Shown here: positions 48,816 to 57,778 of the stretch, in pieces
How positions within the stretch are numbered: the stretch's first letter is position 1
Layout of the letters: every line of letters begins with the position of its first letter
DNA from: Bacteroidota bacterium
GTDB lineage: Bacteria > Bacteroidota > Bacteroidia > Bacteroidales > VadinHA17
Assembly (NCBI GenBank): GCA_029547705.1
Contig: JAKPOU010000001.1
Span: 71,437 to 135,436, forward strand
DNA: 64,000 nucleotides
Reading direction: 5' to 3'
Notes under the pieces: model-generated
What the model saw: the letters and a program-made list of their open reading frames with translations, nothing else
Told to the model about the DNA's origin: nothing
Databases searched by the model: none
Translations under genes and position numbers: made by a program

Positions 48816-49607
48816 TCAGAAAACCAGTACATCTCCGGTTTTGATCTGGCGGATTGCGAAAGCTTCATAAAAAGCTGCCAGTGCCGGAAGTTCAGTACAA
48901 TGTGAAGGGAAAACATGTTTCGCTCCCGTTTCACTGAGATATTTTATTGTTTCCCTGGTCGGGGTTGCGGTCGTTTTCAGGTGAAATCCTCCCATTATTC
49001 CGTGCAGCTTGCTGATCCCCGTAATCTTCCTGGCATATTCACAGGTGTTTACAATACCGGAATGACCGCATCCGCTTATTATAAACAGGCCTTCAGGGAG
49101 AATAACGGCAAGTGCGCTGTCGTCCTCAACAAAATCAGCAGTGCCATCTTCAAACCTGAATGTTGTCTTCCTGGACTCAAAATCCGTAATCCTCGGTATT
49201 GCTCCGAGAAAAATTATTTTTCCGCTGATCTGCAAGGGATCCGCAGAAGTTTTCAGATCAAATTTTGAGGATATTTCCTCCTCCGTCATTCCCAGTCCTA
49301 TATAAGTACCGTCCTGGCCTCTGAACCGCCTGACAAAGCATCCCGGATGACAAACAAGTTTCCCCCCGGGCAGAAAAGCAAGTCCGTTCCCGTGATCGAA
49401 GTGGCCATGACTCAATACCGTCATATCCGTATTATCAAGGCCGGCATTCAGTTTCTCAGCATTCCTGAGAAACATATCACTCTGCCCGGTATCAAAAAGT
49501 ATCTTCTTTCCGTCATATTCAATCAAATATGAAAGACCATGCTCAGCAGGAAAAAAAGATCCCGCGTGGTTGTCTGTAAGAACTGATATTTTAATTTGTG
49601 TCTGCAC
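48816..49607 (-). CDS. Metallo-beta-lactamase fold protein (MJ0448/TM1681-like)
   Basis: AEHGLS, FDTG, SHGHFDH, GCGHSG, GGFH, PSHCT. Confidence 0.88.
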   Translation of the reverse strand: MQTQIKISVLTDNHAGSFFPAEHGLSYLIEYDGKKILFDTGQSDMFLRNAEKLNAGLDNTDMTVLSHGHFDHGNGLAFLPGGKLVCHPGCFVRRFRGQDGTYIGLGMTEEEISSKFDLKTSADPLQISGKIIFLGAIPRITDFESRKTTFRFEDGTADFVEDDSALAVILPEGLFIISGCGHSGIVNTCEYARKITGISKLHGIMGGFHLKTTATPTRETIKYLSETGAKHVFPSHCTELPALAAFYEAFAIRQIKTGDVLVF

Positions 49608-49796
49608 CTGTGTGTATGAATATATGGTAACTGTTCATGTAGATTTACCCTGAAATACTGTATTCTGAAGCAATATCATTTATGTAAATTTAACATTTAT
49701 TACTATGCCTCTATTTTTATCTTAACTAAATCTTAATAAGTTTGTAAAGAGATTAAAGAAATTTAAATTTACCAGCCACCTCATTAAAGGATAAAA

Positions 49797-50174
49797 TTGT
49801 TAAAGCTGACTAAAATAGCAAGGATCTTCACACCACTGTTTCTTGTTATTGTTATTGGCTATATAACAAATGCAACTATAAACCAGCACTCCCATAAATT
49901 ATCTTCAGGGATTGTGGTCACTCATTCCCATCCTTTCAATAATGGCGGTACGGGGACTCCCTTTCAGGATCACAAGCATGGTAGCGAGGAATTAATACTC
50001 CTGAGCCAGATCTCCATTTCACTCTTCCGTATTTATCTTTTTATAATCATTCTGAGTACCACTGCTGCCATATCAGTTATTAAAACCCCTTTTCAACAGA
50101 ATTCTTCCGGAACATCCGGCCTTTTTTTTCTGAATAATTATCACGCACCTCCGCCAAGCACTCCGGGTTTCTGA
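49797..50174 (+). CDS. His-rich membrane-anchored leader protein ending in HAPP (DUF2946-like architecture)
   Basis: TM segment, QHSH, THSHPF, HKH, second hydrophobic stretch, NNYHAPPP near the C-terminus. Confidence 0.7.
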   Translation: MLKLTKIARIFTPLFLVIVIGYITNATINQHSHKLSSGIVVTHSHPFNNGGTGTPFQDHKHGSEELILLSQISISLFRIYLFIIILSTTAAISVIKTPFQQNSSGTSGLFFLNNYHAPPPSTPGF

Positions 50175-50242
50175 AGGACGGCAAGACAATCTAATCATTT
50201 ATTATTCACCTAATCAACTAAACAACTGACTGTTGTATAAGT

Positions 50243-51595
50243 ATGACTAAATATATTATAAATCTGTCCATTCTTTTATTTGTGATATCCATTTTTGATC
50301 TGGGCGCTCAGCGGCAAAACGTGGTTTATGTGAGCGAACAGGACTCACTCTTAAAACTAAAAGAAGAATTAAAGCTTCTGAAGACGGAATATATCGACAT
50401 CGCTTCAAGGTTTGATTCCCTTATTCAGGCAATTGACCGGAAGGAAAAAGCCGCTCAGGCTGAGAATGATTTACAGAAGCTGCTTGATGAGGCCAACCGT
50501 ATGGCCGCGCTGGAAAAGGAAAAGGAGGAGGATCTGGCGGTAAAATTCCAGAGCGGGGTAAGGCAGCAGCAGGCACTTAATCCGAATATCAGCCTCGGCG
50601 GGGATTTTTTCGGGGCCATCAGTACATCAGGTCATGAATTCATTTCCGAACCCGGTGAAATATCCTATGGAAACAACGGATTCTTCCTGCGTGAAATAGA
50701 AGTGGGCATTGAAGCTCCTCTCGATCCTTTTACCCGGGGGAAATCATTTATTTCCATTACCAGTGATGCGATAAACATTGAGGAGGCCTATATGGAATGG
50801 CTGAACCTTCCTCTGAACATGAATCTTAAAATCGGTATATTCTATACCGAATACGGTCCCATCAACAGGTATCATGATCATGCACTGCCCCAGTTTGACA
50901 GGCCGAGGGCCCTGGTAAACCTTTTCAGCAACCAGGGACTCGGCGGAACAGGTGTTTCAACGACTTTTATGCTGCCAAGGCTCCTTTTTTCTGATGCAAG
51001 CTCCCTGGACCTGAGTGTTCAGAAGGGTACTCCCACGGAAGATATTTTCAGTTTCGGCAATAAGGGCTTCCTGTATTCGGGGCAGTTTAAAAATTATTAT
51101 GATATAAGTCAGAACAGCTATTTTGAAGTCAGACTAAGCAATGTGACAGGCAGAAATCCTGTGCCGGGAAACAACCTGTCCAGCGTCGGAAGCCTTGGCA
51201 TGTCATATAAATGGGTTCCGGCCGGCCGTGAGAAATACCGGACCCTTGACTGGAAATCCGAATTTTTATACAGTTACCGCAGGGAACATACCGGCAGTAT
51301 CAGAAGCATTGGATTTTATTCCACCGTTCAGAACAAGCTGAATGCAAGATTTACAGCCGGCGCCAGAATAGGCTACTCCCAGCTGCCCTATGACAATAAG
51401 CAGTATGAATGGGATTATACCGTGAATCTTGACTTCTGGCAGAGCGAATTTGTTTTTGCAAGAATTCAGTATCAGTATAACCGGCGAAACCTGACGGATT
51501 TTCAGCCAGATCCGCCTGGCATGATGCCGAATGACCACTCGGTTATTCTGCAGGTATGCTGGGCAATGGGCCCCCATAAACATGAAGCTTATTAA
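50243..51595 (+). CDS. Putative outer-membrane beta-barrel associated with metal uptake
   Basis: Signal peptide, coiled-coil N-region, LNPNIS.GGDF, alternating beta strands, C-terminal GPHKHEAY. Confidence 0.7.
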   Translation: MTKYIINLSILLFVISIFDLGAQRQNVVYVSEQDSLLKLKEELKLLKTEYIDIASRFDSLIQAIDRKEKAAQAENDLQKLLDEANRMAALEKEKEEDLAVKFQSGVRQQQALNPNISLGGDFFGAISTSGHEFISEPGEISYGNNGFFLREIEVGIEAPLDPFTRGKSFISITSDAINIEEAYMEWLNLPLNMNLKIGIFYTEYGPINRYHDHALPQFDRPRALVNLFSNQGLGGTGVSTTFMLPRLLFSDASSLDLSVQKGTPTEDIFSFGNKGFLYSGQFKNYYDISQNSYFEVRLSNVTGRNPVPGNNLSSVGSLGMSYKWVPAGREKYRTLDWKSEFLYSYRREHTGSIRSIGFYSTVQNKLNARFTAGARIGYSQLPYDNKQYEWDYTVNLDFWQSEFVFARIQYQYNRRNLTDFQPDPPGMMPNDHSVILQVCWAMGPHKHEAY

Positions 51596-51613
51596 CGATC
51601 TTATTTTAATAAT

Positions 51614-52714
51614 ATGAAAAGAAATATAAAGAGTTTTTCAAGAATGAATAAAGGGATCCTGATACTGACGGCCGTACTCTTGTTTCAGGGAATTCATTTC
51701 AGCGTAACGGCCCAGCAAAGGGCTCAGGTCAGATACAGAGGCGGCGGATCCGACAGACCGCTCAACATTATCTGTTCTTTTTCCGACTTTGCAACCATTA
51801 CTGAATACATTGCCGGCAACAGGGCCCAGGTAAGCTATATTGCAAGCGGTGAACGGGATCCTCATTTTGTTCCTCCCAAGCCCAGTTATGCGGTCATGCT
51901 TTCAAGGGCTGACATGTGGATTGCCACAGGTATGGATCTTGAAATGTGGTCAGCTACTCTTCTTGACAAGGCACATAACCCCAGGATTATGGACGGTGAA
52001 CCGGGATTTGTTGCTGCTGCCCAGGGAGTCAATGTTGTTGAAAAAGTTGAATTTGCAAGCCGTTCTGAAGGAGATATTCACCTTATGGGGAATCCCCATA
52101 TTACCACCGGTCCGCTTAACTGGAAAGTGATAGCCCAAAATATCACAATAGGCCTCATCAAGGTTGACCCTGCCAATGCAGCCCTGTATCAGAAAAACAG
52201 GGATGCTTTTATTGACAGGGTCGACAGGGCGCTTTTCGGTAACAGGCTTGTTGATCTTTTCGGTGGTCCCACTCTGTCGAAAATGCTGGAAAACCAGACT
52301 TTATTTACCTTTCTGGAAAGACCCTATGAAGGAGGAAAGCTTTCGGATCAGCTGGGAGGATGGCTGAAAAAAGCCATGCCCTTCAGGGGTATGCGCATTG
52401 TAACCTATCATAAGAACTGGTCATATTTTACCAATACATTCGGGCTTGAAGTGATCGGATACATTGAACCGAAACCGGGTATTCCGCCTTCAGCCAAACA
52501 TGTACAGACAATGATCGATATGATAAAAACACAAAATATCAAGGTGATGATGATTGCCACCTATTTTGAGAAAAAAACCGCACAGATGATTGAGGCAAAA
52601 ACAGGTATCAGGGCTGTTTACCTTCCGCTTCACGTAAATGCGGTACCGGGTGTGGATGATAATTTCAAGCTGATTGACTATCTGATCGATCAGATAAATG
52701 CCAGTATAATCTGA
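51614..52714 (+). CDS. TroA/ZnuA-type Zn/Mn ABC substrate-binding protein
   Basis: DPHF, GNPHI, YHKNW.YF, EPKPGIPPS. Confidence 0.88.
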   Translation: MKRNIKSFSRMNKGILILTAVLLFQGIHFSVTAQQRAQVRYRGGGSDRPLNIICSFSDFATITEYIAGNRAQVSYIASGERDPHFVPPKPSYAVMLSRADMWIATGMDLEMWSATLLDKAHNPRIMDGEPGFVAAAQGVNVVEKVEFASRSEGDIHLMGNPHITTGPLNWKVIAQNITIGLIKVDPANAALYQKNRDAFIDRVDRALFGNRLVDLFGGPTLSKMLENQTLFTFLERPYEGGKLSDQLGGWLKKAMPFRGMRIVTYHKNWSYFTNTFGLEVIGYIEPKPGIPPSAKHVQTMIDMIKTQNIKVMMIATYFEKKTAQMIEAKTGIRAVYLPLHVNAVPGVDDNFKLIDYLIDQINASII

Positions 52715-52764
52715 ACGGAAATTCACCTGCCTGACAAAGCCTTAACAAATAAATACTATCATTC

Positions 52765-53610
52765 ATGTTGGATAACATCCTTTTTCTTTCAGCTCCCATT
52801 ACGGTAAGCATCCTGATGGCCGGAATACTTGCCTATTTCGGAAATCACATCCTGACCAGAGGAATTATTTTCATTGATATAGCAGTTGCCCAGATAGCAG
52901 CACTGGGCACAATGATAGGCCTTCTTCTGGGCCTGGCTGAGGAATCATCAGGTGTACAGCTTATTTCATATGCATTTACAATAGTTGTAATTGCATTGTT
53001 CGCCCTGACAAAATTCCGCGATCAGGTCATTCCCCAGGAAGCAATTATAGGAATAATATATTGTATAGGATTGGGTCTTGCCATGCTCCTGGCTGAAAGG
53101 ATTCCGGGCGGTGCGAATTTCATTTCAAAAACCATTACCGGCAACCTGCTGTGGGTCACCTGGAGTCAGGTTCTCAACTGTTTTCTTCTGTTTCTGGCAG
53201 TTGCCATTGTGCATCTTTTTTTCCGGAAGCATTTTATAGCTATTTCCGATACAAAGAAAGGATTGCCTTACAGCCTGTGGAAAACCAGGTCATATGAACT
53301 GATATTCTACATAACCTTTGGAATTGTCATTGTGAAAGCCGTGCCTGTCGGAGGCATTTTCATGGTATTCATACTTCTCATTGCTCCGGCAGCAGCAGCA
53401 ACACTGTTTACACAATCGTGGAAAAAGAGATTTATCTGGAGCTGGATAATAGGTATCGCGGGTTCCGTTTCCGGAATGTACGCTTCATACAAGCTGAATA
53501 TATCAAATGCTCCAGCAATAGTAAGCCTGCTCAGCCTGACGGTTTTCATACTGGCATTCATCAAACTCGCAGCAGGCAGATTCAAAACAGACAATATTAA
53601 AAAGCAATAA
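52765..53610 (+). CDS. ABC-3 family metal permease
   Basis: FGNHILTRGIIFIDIAVAQIAALG, EAIIG, many TM segments. Confidence 0.85.
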   Translation: MLDNILFLSAPITVSILMAGILAYFGNHILTRGIIFIDIAVAQIAALGTMIGLLLGLAEESSGVQLISYAFTIVVIALFALTKFRDQVIPQEAIIGIIYCIGLGLAMLLAERIPGGANFISKTITGNLLWVTWSQVLNCFLLFLAVAIVHLFFRKHFIAISDTKKGLPYSLWKTRSYELIFYITFGIVIVKAVPVGGIFMVFILLIAPAAAATLFTQSWKKRFIWSWIIGIAGSVSGMYASYKLNISNAPAIVSLLSLTVFILAFIKLAAGRFKTDNIKKQ

Positions 53611-53614
53611 CCCC

Positions 53615-54472
53615 ATGGCTGAAGCACTTGTATTTATGTCAACGCCTTTTGCCGGCTCTCTTCTGCTGATAATAATAATGGTATATTTCGGAATTCACGT
53701 CATAGAAAGAGAAATTATTTTTATCGATATTGCACTTGCCCAGATTGCCGCTCTCGGAAGTGCCGTATCACTCGTTATTGCCACTGTTTCCCCTGATGCC
53801 TCCCATGACGTTCATGATCATGACTCAAGAACATTCCTGGCATATTTTTTCTGCCTTATAGCAGCGGGGATATTTACCCTTCTCAAAGACAGGCGGCTGA
53901 ACATACCTCTCGAAGCTGTTATCGGGATAGCCTACGCAATGGCAACAACCAGTGCGGTAATTATTCTCGACAAGGGCGCGGGAAGCGATGTACACATTCA
54001 TGATATGCTTGCGGGAACAATTCTCTGGATTTCCTGGGGTCAGGTTCTCAGACTATTTCTTGTAATACTGCCTATAGCCCTGTTGCATTATTTTTTCAGG
54101 GATAAATTCAAATCCGTCACTCTTGCATATCAGAACAAGGAAAGCGATATTAAAAATCCAAAACTATGGGATTTCATTTTTTATCTGACTTTCGGAATCA
54201 TTATAGTGGAAGCAGTTAGCATAGGAGGTATAGTAACAATCTTCGCATTCCTTATCATACCTGCAGCGATATCTGCCCTTTTCAGTACCCGCTGGACACA
54301 GAGAATCCTTATCGGTCTGCTGACCGGGGGCATTGCCGTAATCTTCGGACTCTACCTTTCATGGGTACTGGATGTTCCATGTTCCCCTACCATCATACTC
54401 TTCCTTGCGGTTTTGCTGCTTCTGGCAATCATTTTAAAAAGTATTATGAAAATCCGGAGGACAGCAGAATAA
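53615..54472 (+). CDS. ABC-3 family metal permease (paralog)
   Basis: FGIHVIEREIIFIDIALAQIAALG, EAVIG, and a His-rich loop HDVHDHD. Confidence 0.85.
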   Translation: MAEALVFMSTPFAGSLLLIIIMVYFGIHVIEREIIFIDIALAQIAALGSAVSLVIATVSPDASHDVHDHDSRTFLAYFFCLIAAGIFTLLKDRRLNIPLEAVIGIAYAMATTSAVIILDKGAGSDVHIHDMLAGTILWISWGQVLRLFLVILPIALLHYFFRDKFKSVTLAYQNKESDIKNPKLWDFIFYLTFGIIIVEAVSIGGIVTIFAFLIIPAAISALFSTRWTQRILIGLLTGGIAVIFGLYLSWVLDVPCSPTIILFLAVLLLLAIILKSIMKIRRTAE

Positions 54473-54515
54473 TTATTATGATCTTAGGACCATTGATGGT
54501 CTTCATTCTGCCCGG

Positions 54516-55091
54516 ATGACTGATTCTGAATTAATAACATTAATCCTCCAGGGCGACAGGGATTCATTCCGTATTCTTGTTGAACGCTACCAGCAGATGG
54601 TGTTCAGAACCTGCATGGGTTTCCTCCATAACAGGGAAGAAGCTGAAGATCTGGCACAGGATGTTTTTATCCGGGCTTATCAGTCCCTGTCCCGTTTCAG
54701 GGGAGAGTCGGCTTTTTCCACCTGGCTTTACAGGATCGCCGTAAACGCTTCACTTAACAGGACCAGGCGGTCTTCCCTGAAAATTACATTTGAAACACTG
54801 GAAAACACGGTCATTTCCGCCCCGGCAACAAGTGAGGATGATCCTGAAAAGATTCTGATCAGCCGGGAGCAGTCAGTGTGGCTCAGGCGGGCTGTCAATT
54901 CACTTCCTGAAAATCAGAGAACTGCAATCATACTGAGCAAATATGAGGATCTGTCCCAGAAAGAGATTGCAGAAATAATGATGACAAGCGAGGGAGCCGT
55001 GGAATCCCTGTTGTTCCGCGCAAAAAGAAACCTTCGTAAAAGATTGTCATCCGAAAGTAAAAAGATTGAAAAGAGGCACAGGAAAAAATAA
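54516..55091 (+). CDS. ECF RNA polymerase sigma factor
   Basis: AEDLAQDVF, FSTWLYRIAVN, LPENQR, LSQKEIAEIM. Confidence 0.93.
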   Translation: MTDSELITLILQGDRDSFRILVERYQQMVFRTCMGFLHNREEAEDLAQDVFIRAYQSLSRFRGESAFSTWLYRIAVNASLNRTRRSSLKITFETLENTVISAPATSEDDPEKILISREQSVWLRRAVNSLPENQRTAIILSKYEDLSQKEIAEIMMTSEGAVESLLFRAKRNLRKRLSSESKKIEKRHRKK

Positions 55092-55105
55092 AATTTTGTT
55101 TCTAA
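55077..55105 (+). promoter_or_regulatory. Candidate ECF promoter, copy 1
   Basis: CACAGG-N15-GTTTCTAA upstream of the anti-sigma gene. Confidence 0.5.
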
Positions 55106-55122
55106 CCATAAAAAGCGTTGAG

Positions 55123-55539
55123 ATGAATTGTCGTTTTTATCAGAAAGAAATTGATTCCTTTCTGGAAGGAAGATCCGGTCCCGCCGCAAGGGAACAGATT
55201 GAATCACATCTCAGGGAATGCAGGGAATGCAGGGAATATTACAGGATTCAGCTGCTGGCCGAAGAGCTGATATCAGAAGAAAAACAACTGAAGGTAAACC
55301 CTTTCCTTTCTGCACGCGTGATGTCACGGATTAAAAATCCGGAATCCCTCAGAGAGAAAAAGGTTCCGGGCATACTGAAACCGGCCCTGGTGGTATTGTC
55401 GGTTGCCGCAGCAATTTTTCTTGGTATCGTGATGGGAAGTATTCCCGGCCTGAGCCGGGGCAGCAGGCCTGTTCCTGCTGAACTGAGCATGATGAATGAT
55501 GCCCTGCTGGAATCGGTTGAACTGCTTGCAGCTGATTAA
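55123..55539 (+). CDS. Zinc-binding anti-sigma factor (ZAS) with TM segment
   Basis: HLRECREC (HxxxCxxC) and one TM helix. Track start is 55066. Confidence 0.85.
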   Translation: MNCRFYQKEIDSFLEGRSGPAAREQIESHLRECRECREYYRIQLLAEELISEEKQLKVNPFLSARVMSRIKNPESLREKKVPGILKPALVVLSVAAAIFLGIVMGSIPGLSRGSRPVPAELSMMNDALLESVELLAAD

Positions 55540-55540
55540 A

Positions 55541-56113
55541 ATGAACATCATGAGAACCGGCAGCAGATACCACTGGATGATATGGGCAATAATTGCACTG
55601 GCCCTGATGAATGTCACCACCTTTGCAACCATCCTGGTCAACAGGGGCAGAACAGTAAAGACCGGCATGCTTCACCTGCCGGAGCAAGCGTACTCAGACA
55701 GGACTTCACTCCGTTACAGCGGAAGATATTTCCGCGACCACCTGGGTCTGACCAGGGAACAAATGTCGAGGTTCACGGAATTCAATCCCGTATTCAGAAG
55801 AAATGCAAGAGAAATAAATATCAGCCTGGCGGAGCTGAGAAGGCAGATGATGATCGAAATGTCTGCGGAAACGAGTGATACCGTAAAACTGAATACCATT
55901 TCGGATTCAATAGGCCGCCTCCACAGCCGCCTGAAAAAGATAAGCTGGGAATATTATCTTGACCTGAAAAATATATGCAATAAGGAACAGGAGGCAAAAC
56001 TTGAAGAAATGTTTGGCTCAATGTTTACGCCTGACGGTCAGGAATTCCGGCGCGGTCCCGGTGGATTCCGGAATCCGCCCGGCCGGGGTCAGGGCAGACG
56101 GCCCGGCATCTGA
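55541..56113 (+). CDS. Spy/CpxP/heavy-metal-resistance-like periplasmic helical protein
   Basis: N-terminal TM, LGLTREQ and a second degenerate LTxxQ motif (CNKEQ), RG-rich tail. Confidence 0.75.
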   Translation: MNIMRTGSRYHWMIWAIIALALMNVTTFATILVNRGRTVKTGMLHLPEQAYSDRTSLRYSGRYFRDHLGLTREQMSRFTEFNPVFRRNAREINISLAELRRQMMIEMSAETSDTVKLNTISDSIGRLHSRLKKISWEYYLDLKNICNKEQEAKLEEMFGSMFTPDGQEFRRGPGGFRNPPGRGQGRRPGI

Positions 56114-56135
56114 AAGGGAATAATTTTTTTAAATA

Positions 56136-56164
56136 CGCAGGAAAATGCAGGATTATGTTTCCAA
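56136..56164 (+). promoter_or_regulatory. Candidate ECF promoter, copy 2
   Basis: CGCAGG-N15-GTTTCCAA, same spacing as copy 1. Confidence 0.5.
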
Positions 56165-56215
56165 TAACAAAGGCATTCCTTTAAAACCTTATGTCAAATT
56201 TAAAATCACATATCA

Positions 56216-56686
56216 ATGAAAAGGAAACTCTTTATAAGCGCAATCGTACTGCTGATTGCAACAGCACTGACTTATGCCCGGGAACAGGAAAGGGTTCAGA
56301 CGCAGCAGAACCCTCCTGGCAGGGGCGTGTGGGTTGATGAAGACAATAACGGCATTTGCGACAATTTTGAAGCACGTGCAGCAGCGGGATTCAGAAACGG
56401 CATCCGGCCTTTCATGAGAGGAGGCCGTCAGGATTTTGAAACCGGGGAAGCTAACCGTGGCATCCTGCCCGGACGCGGATACTGCAGAAACTATACCGGA
56501 AGCGTAAACAGCAGAGATGCAGGAAACTATTCCAATGCAGGAAACAGGGCTTACGGAAGAAACTACATCAGTGCCGGGAACAGAGGCTACGGAAGAAACT
56601 ACATCAATGCCGGGAACAGAGGCTACGGAAGAAACTATATTGATGCCAACAACAACGGTATATGTGATTACCGTGAAATTCCCTGA
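56216..56686 (+). CDS. Second secreted protein with two DxDxNGICD EF-hand-like loops
   Basis: Signal peptide, DEDNNGICDNFE and DANNNGICDYRE. Confidence 0.8.
   Translation: MKRKLFISAIVLLIATALTYAREQERVQTQQNPPGRGVWVDEDNNGICDNFEARAAAGFRNGIRPFMRGGRQDFETGEANRGILPGRGYCRNYTGSVNSRDAGNYSNAGNRAYGRNYISAGNRGYGRNYINAGNRGYGRNYIDANNNGICDYREIP
56534..56641 (+). repeat. Coding tandem repeat, 3 x 36 bp
   Basis: Encodes (N/S)AGNR(A/G)YGRNYI three times with no spacers. Confidence 0.9.
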
Positions 56687-56705
56687 TGAATACCGGTCCA
56701 TTGCA

Positions 56706-57551
56706 ATGAAGAAACAGAATTCCTTTAATCTCCGCAGCTTCACCAGTTTCAGCCTGGTAATCTCAACGATTGTTATGTCATGGTCCGGTTTCATTCTCTA
56801 TTTCGCGCCTCCCGGAAGAATAGCCAACTGGACCGGCTGGAAAATTATGCTCTTCACAAAGGCTGAATGGCAGGCCTTTCATACAATATTCTCATTCATG
56901 TTCTTCATCCTGTTCATCATTCATCTGTTTTTTGTGAACTGGAAGGCTTTTCTTACCTATTTCAGAAGCAGGATCAGAAAGGGCCTGAACAGAAAACGGG
57001 AGCTTTTTGCAGCAGTGGGCATTTCACTTTTATTTTTCACCGGAACCCTCGCATCCTGGGCACCTTTCGGTACTGTCATGGATTTCGGCGAAACACTGAA
57101 GGAAGGCTGGGATAAAAAATATGAAAGTCCGGCAATAGCACATATGGAAGAATTCACACTTTTGAGGCTTGCGACAGTTTTTGCGGGAGTCAGCTCCGAT
57201 GATCTTCTCATCACACTGAGGGACAGTGGTATTGTTGTCAGGGGGCAGAATGCCAGGCTGAAGCATATTGCTGCTGACAACGGGGTGACCCCTGCCAGGC
57301 TGTATGAGATACTGACCAGGAGATATCCCGGAGATGAGGAGAGTCATAAATATGAAGTGCCTTCAGGAATCGGTAAAATGACCATAAACATGGTAGCTTC
57401 AAGGCTCGGGAAAGATCCTTCAGTACTGACAGGAATTTTAAGGGATATGGGTGTCAGTGCCAATGGTGAAAGCACCTTGAGAACAGTAGCCGTTCAGCTT
57501 GGAATATCTCCCCATGATCTTTACTCCCTGCTGACAGGAGACCGGAACTGA
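56706..57551 (+). CDS. DUF4405 domain membrane protein
   Basis: SG.ILYFAPPGR...EW..FHT....F..LF.IHL...NW with a His pair in TM helices. Track start 56517 is a shadow of the repeat. Confidence 0.8.
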   Translation: MKKQNSFNLRSFTSFSLVISTIVMSWSGFILYFAPPGRIANWTGWKIMLFTKAEWQAFHTIFSFMFFILFIIHLFFVNWKAFLTYFRSRIRKGLNRKRELFAAVGISLLFFTGTLASWAPFGTVMDFGETLKEGWDKKYESPAIAHMEEFTLLRLATVFAGVSSDDLLITLRDSGIVVRGQNARLKHIAADNGVTPARLYEILTRRYPGDEESHKYEVPSGIGKMTINMVASRLGKDPSVLTGILRDMGVSANGESTLRTVAVQLGISPHDLYSLLTGDRN

Positions 57552-57778
57552 CATATTCCTGTGAACTGATTCCGGCAATCTGCCGGAGTATGCCATAAGA
57601 AAACCCCGTACAGACCCGGAGCCAGAAGATTTTTCCTGCATTTCTGAACATTACCGGCCTAAATCGGTTTATTACAATACAGCTACATCCGGATATATTG
57701 AAATCCAATTTAGAAAAACCATTACCGGTAAATACAAAACCGGGCAGATGATGATAAATCAAAATTAAAGGATAATCC

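Noticed and set aside
49623-49638. Possible fifth copy of the shared operator
   Set aside because: Only the TGTTCAT half matches. The left half (TATGGTA) does not.
49712-49740. Fur/Zur box over the promoter of the HAPP leader
   Set aside because: The symmetry is too weak for such AT-rich DNA.
56534-56641. 36-bp repeats, the length of Bacteroidota type II-C/VI-B CRISPR repeats
   Set aside because: The units are head-to-tail with no spacers, in frame within a CDS with synonymous variation, and no cas genes are present.
56517-56705. N-terminal 63 codons of track ORF 56517..57551, and antisense ORF 56213..56794
   Set aside because: These are alternative-frame readings of the tandem repeat. The DUF4405 homology starts at ATG 56706.
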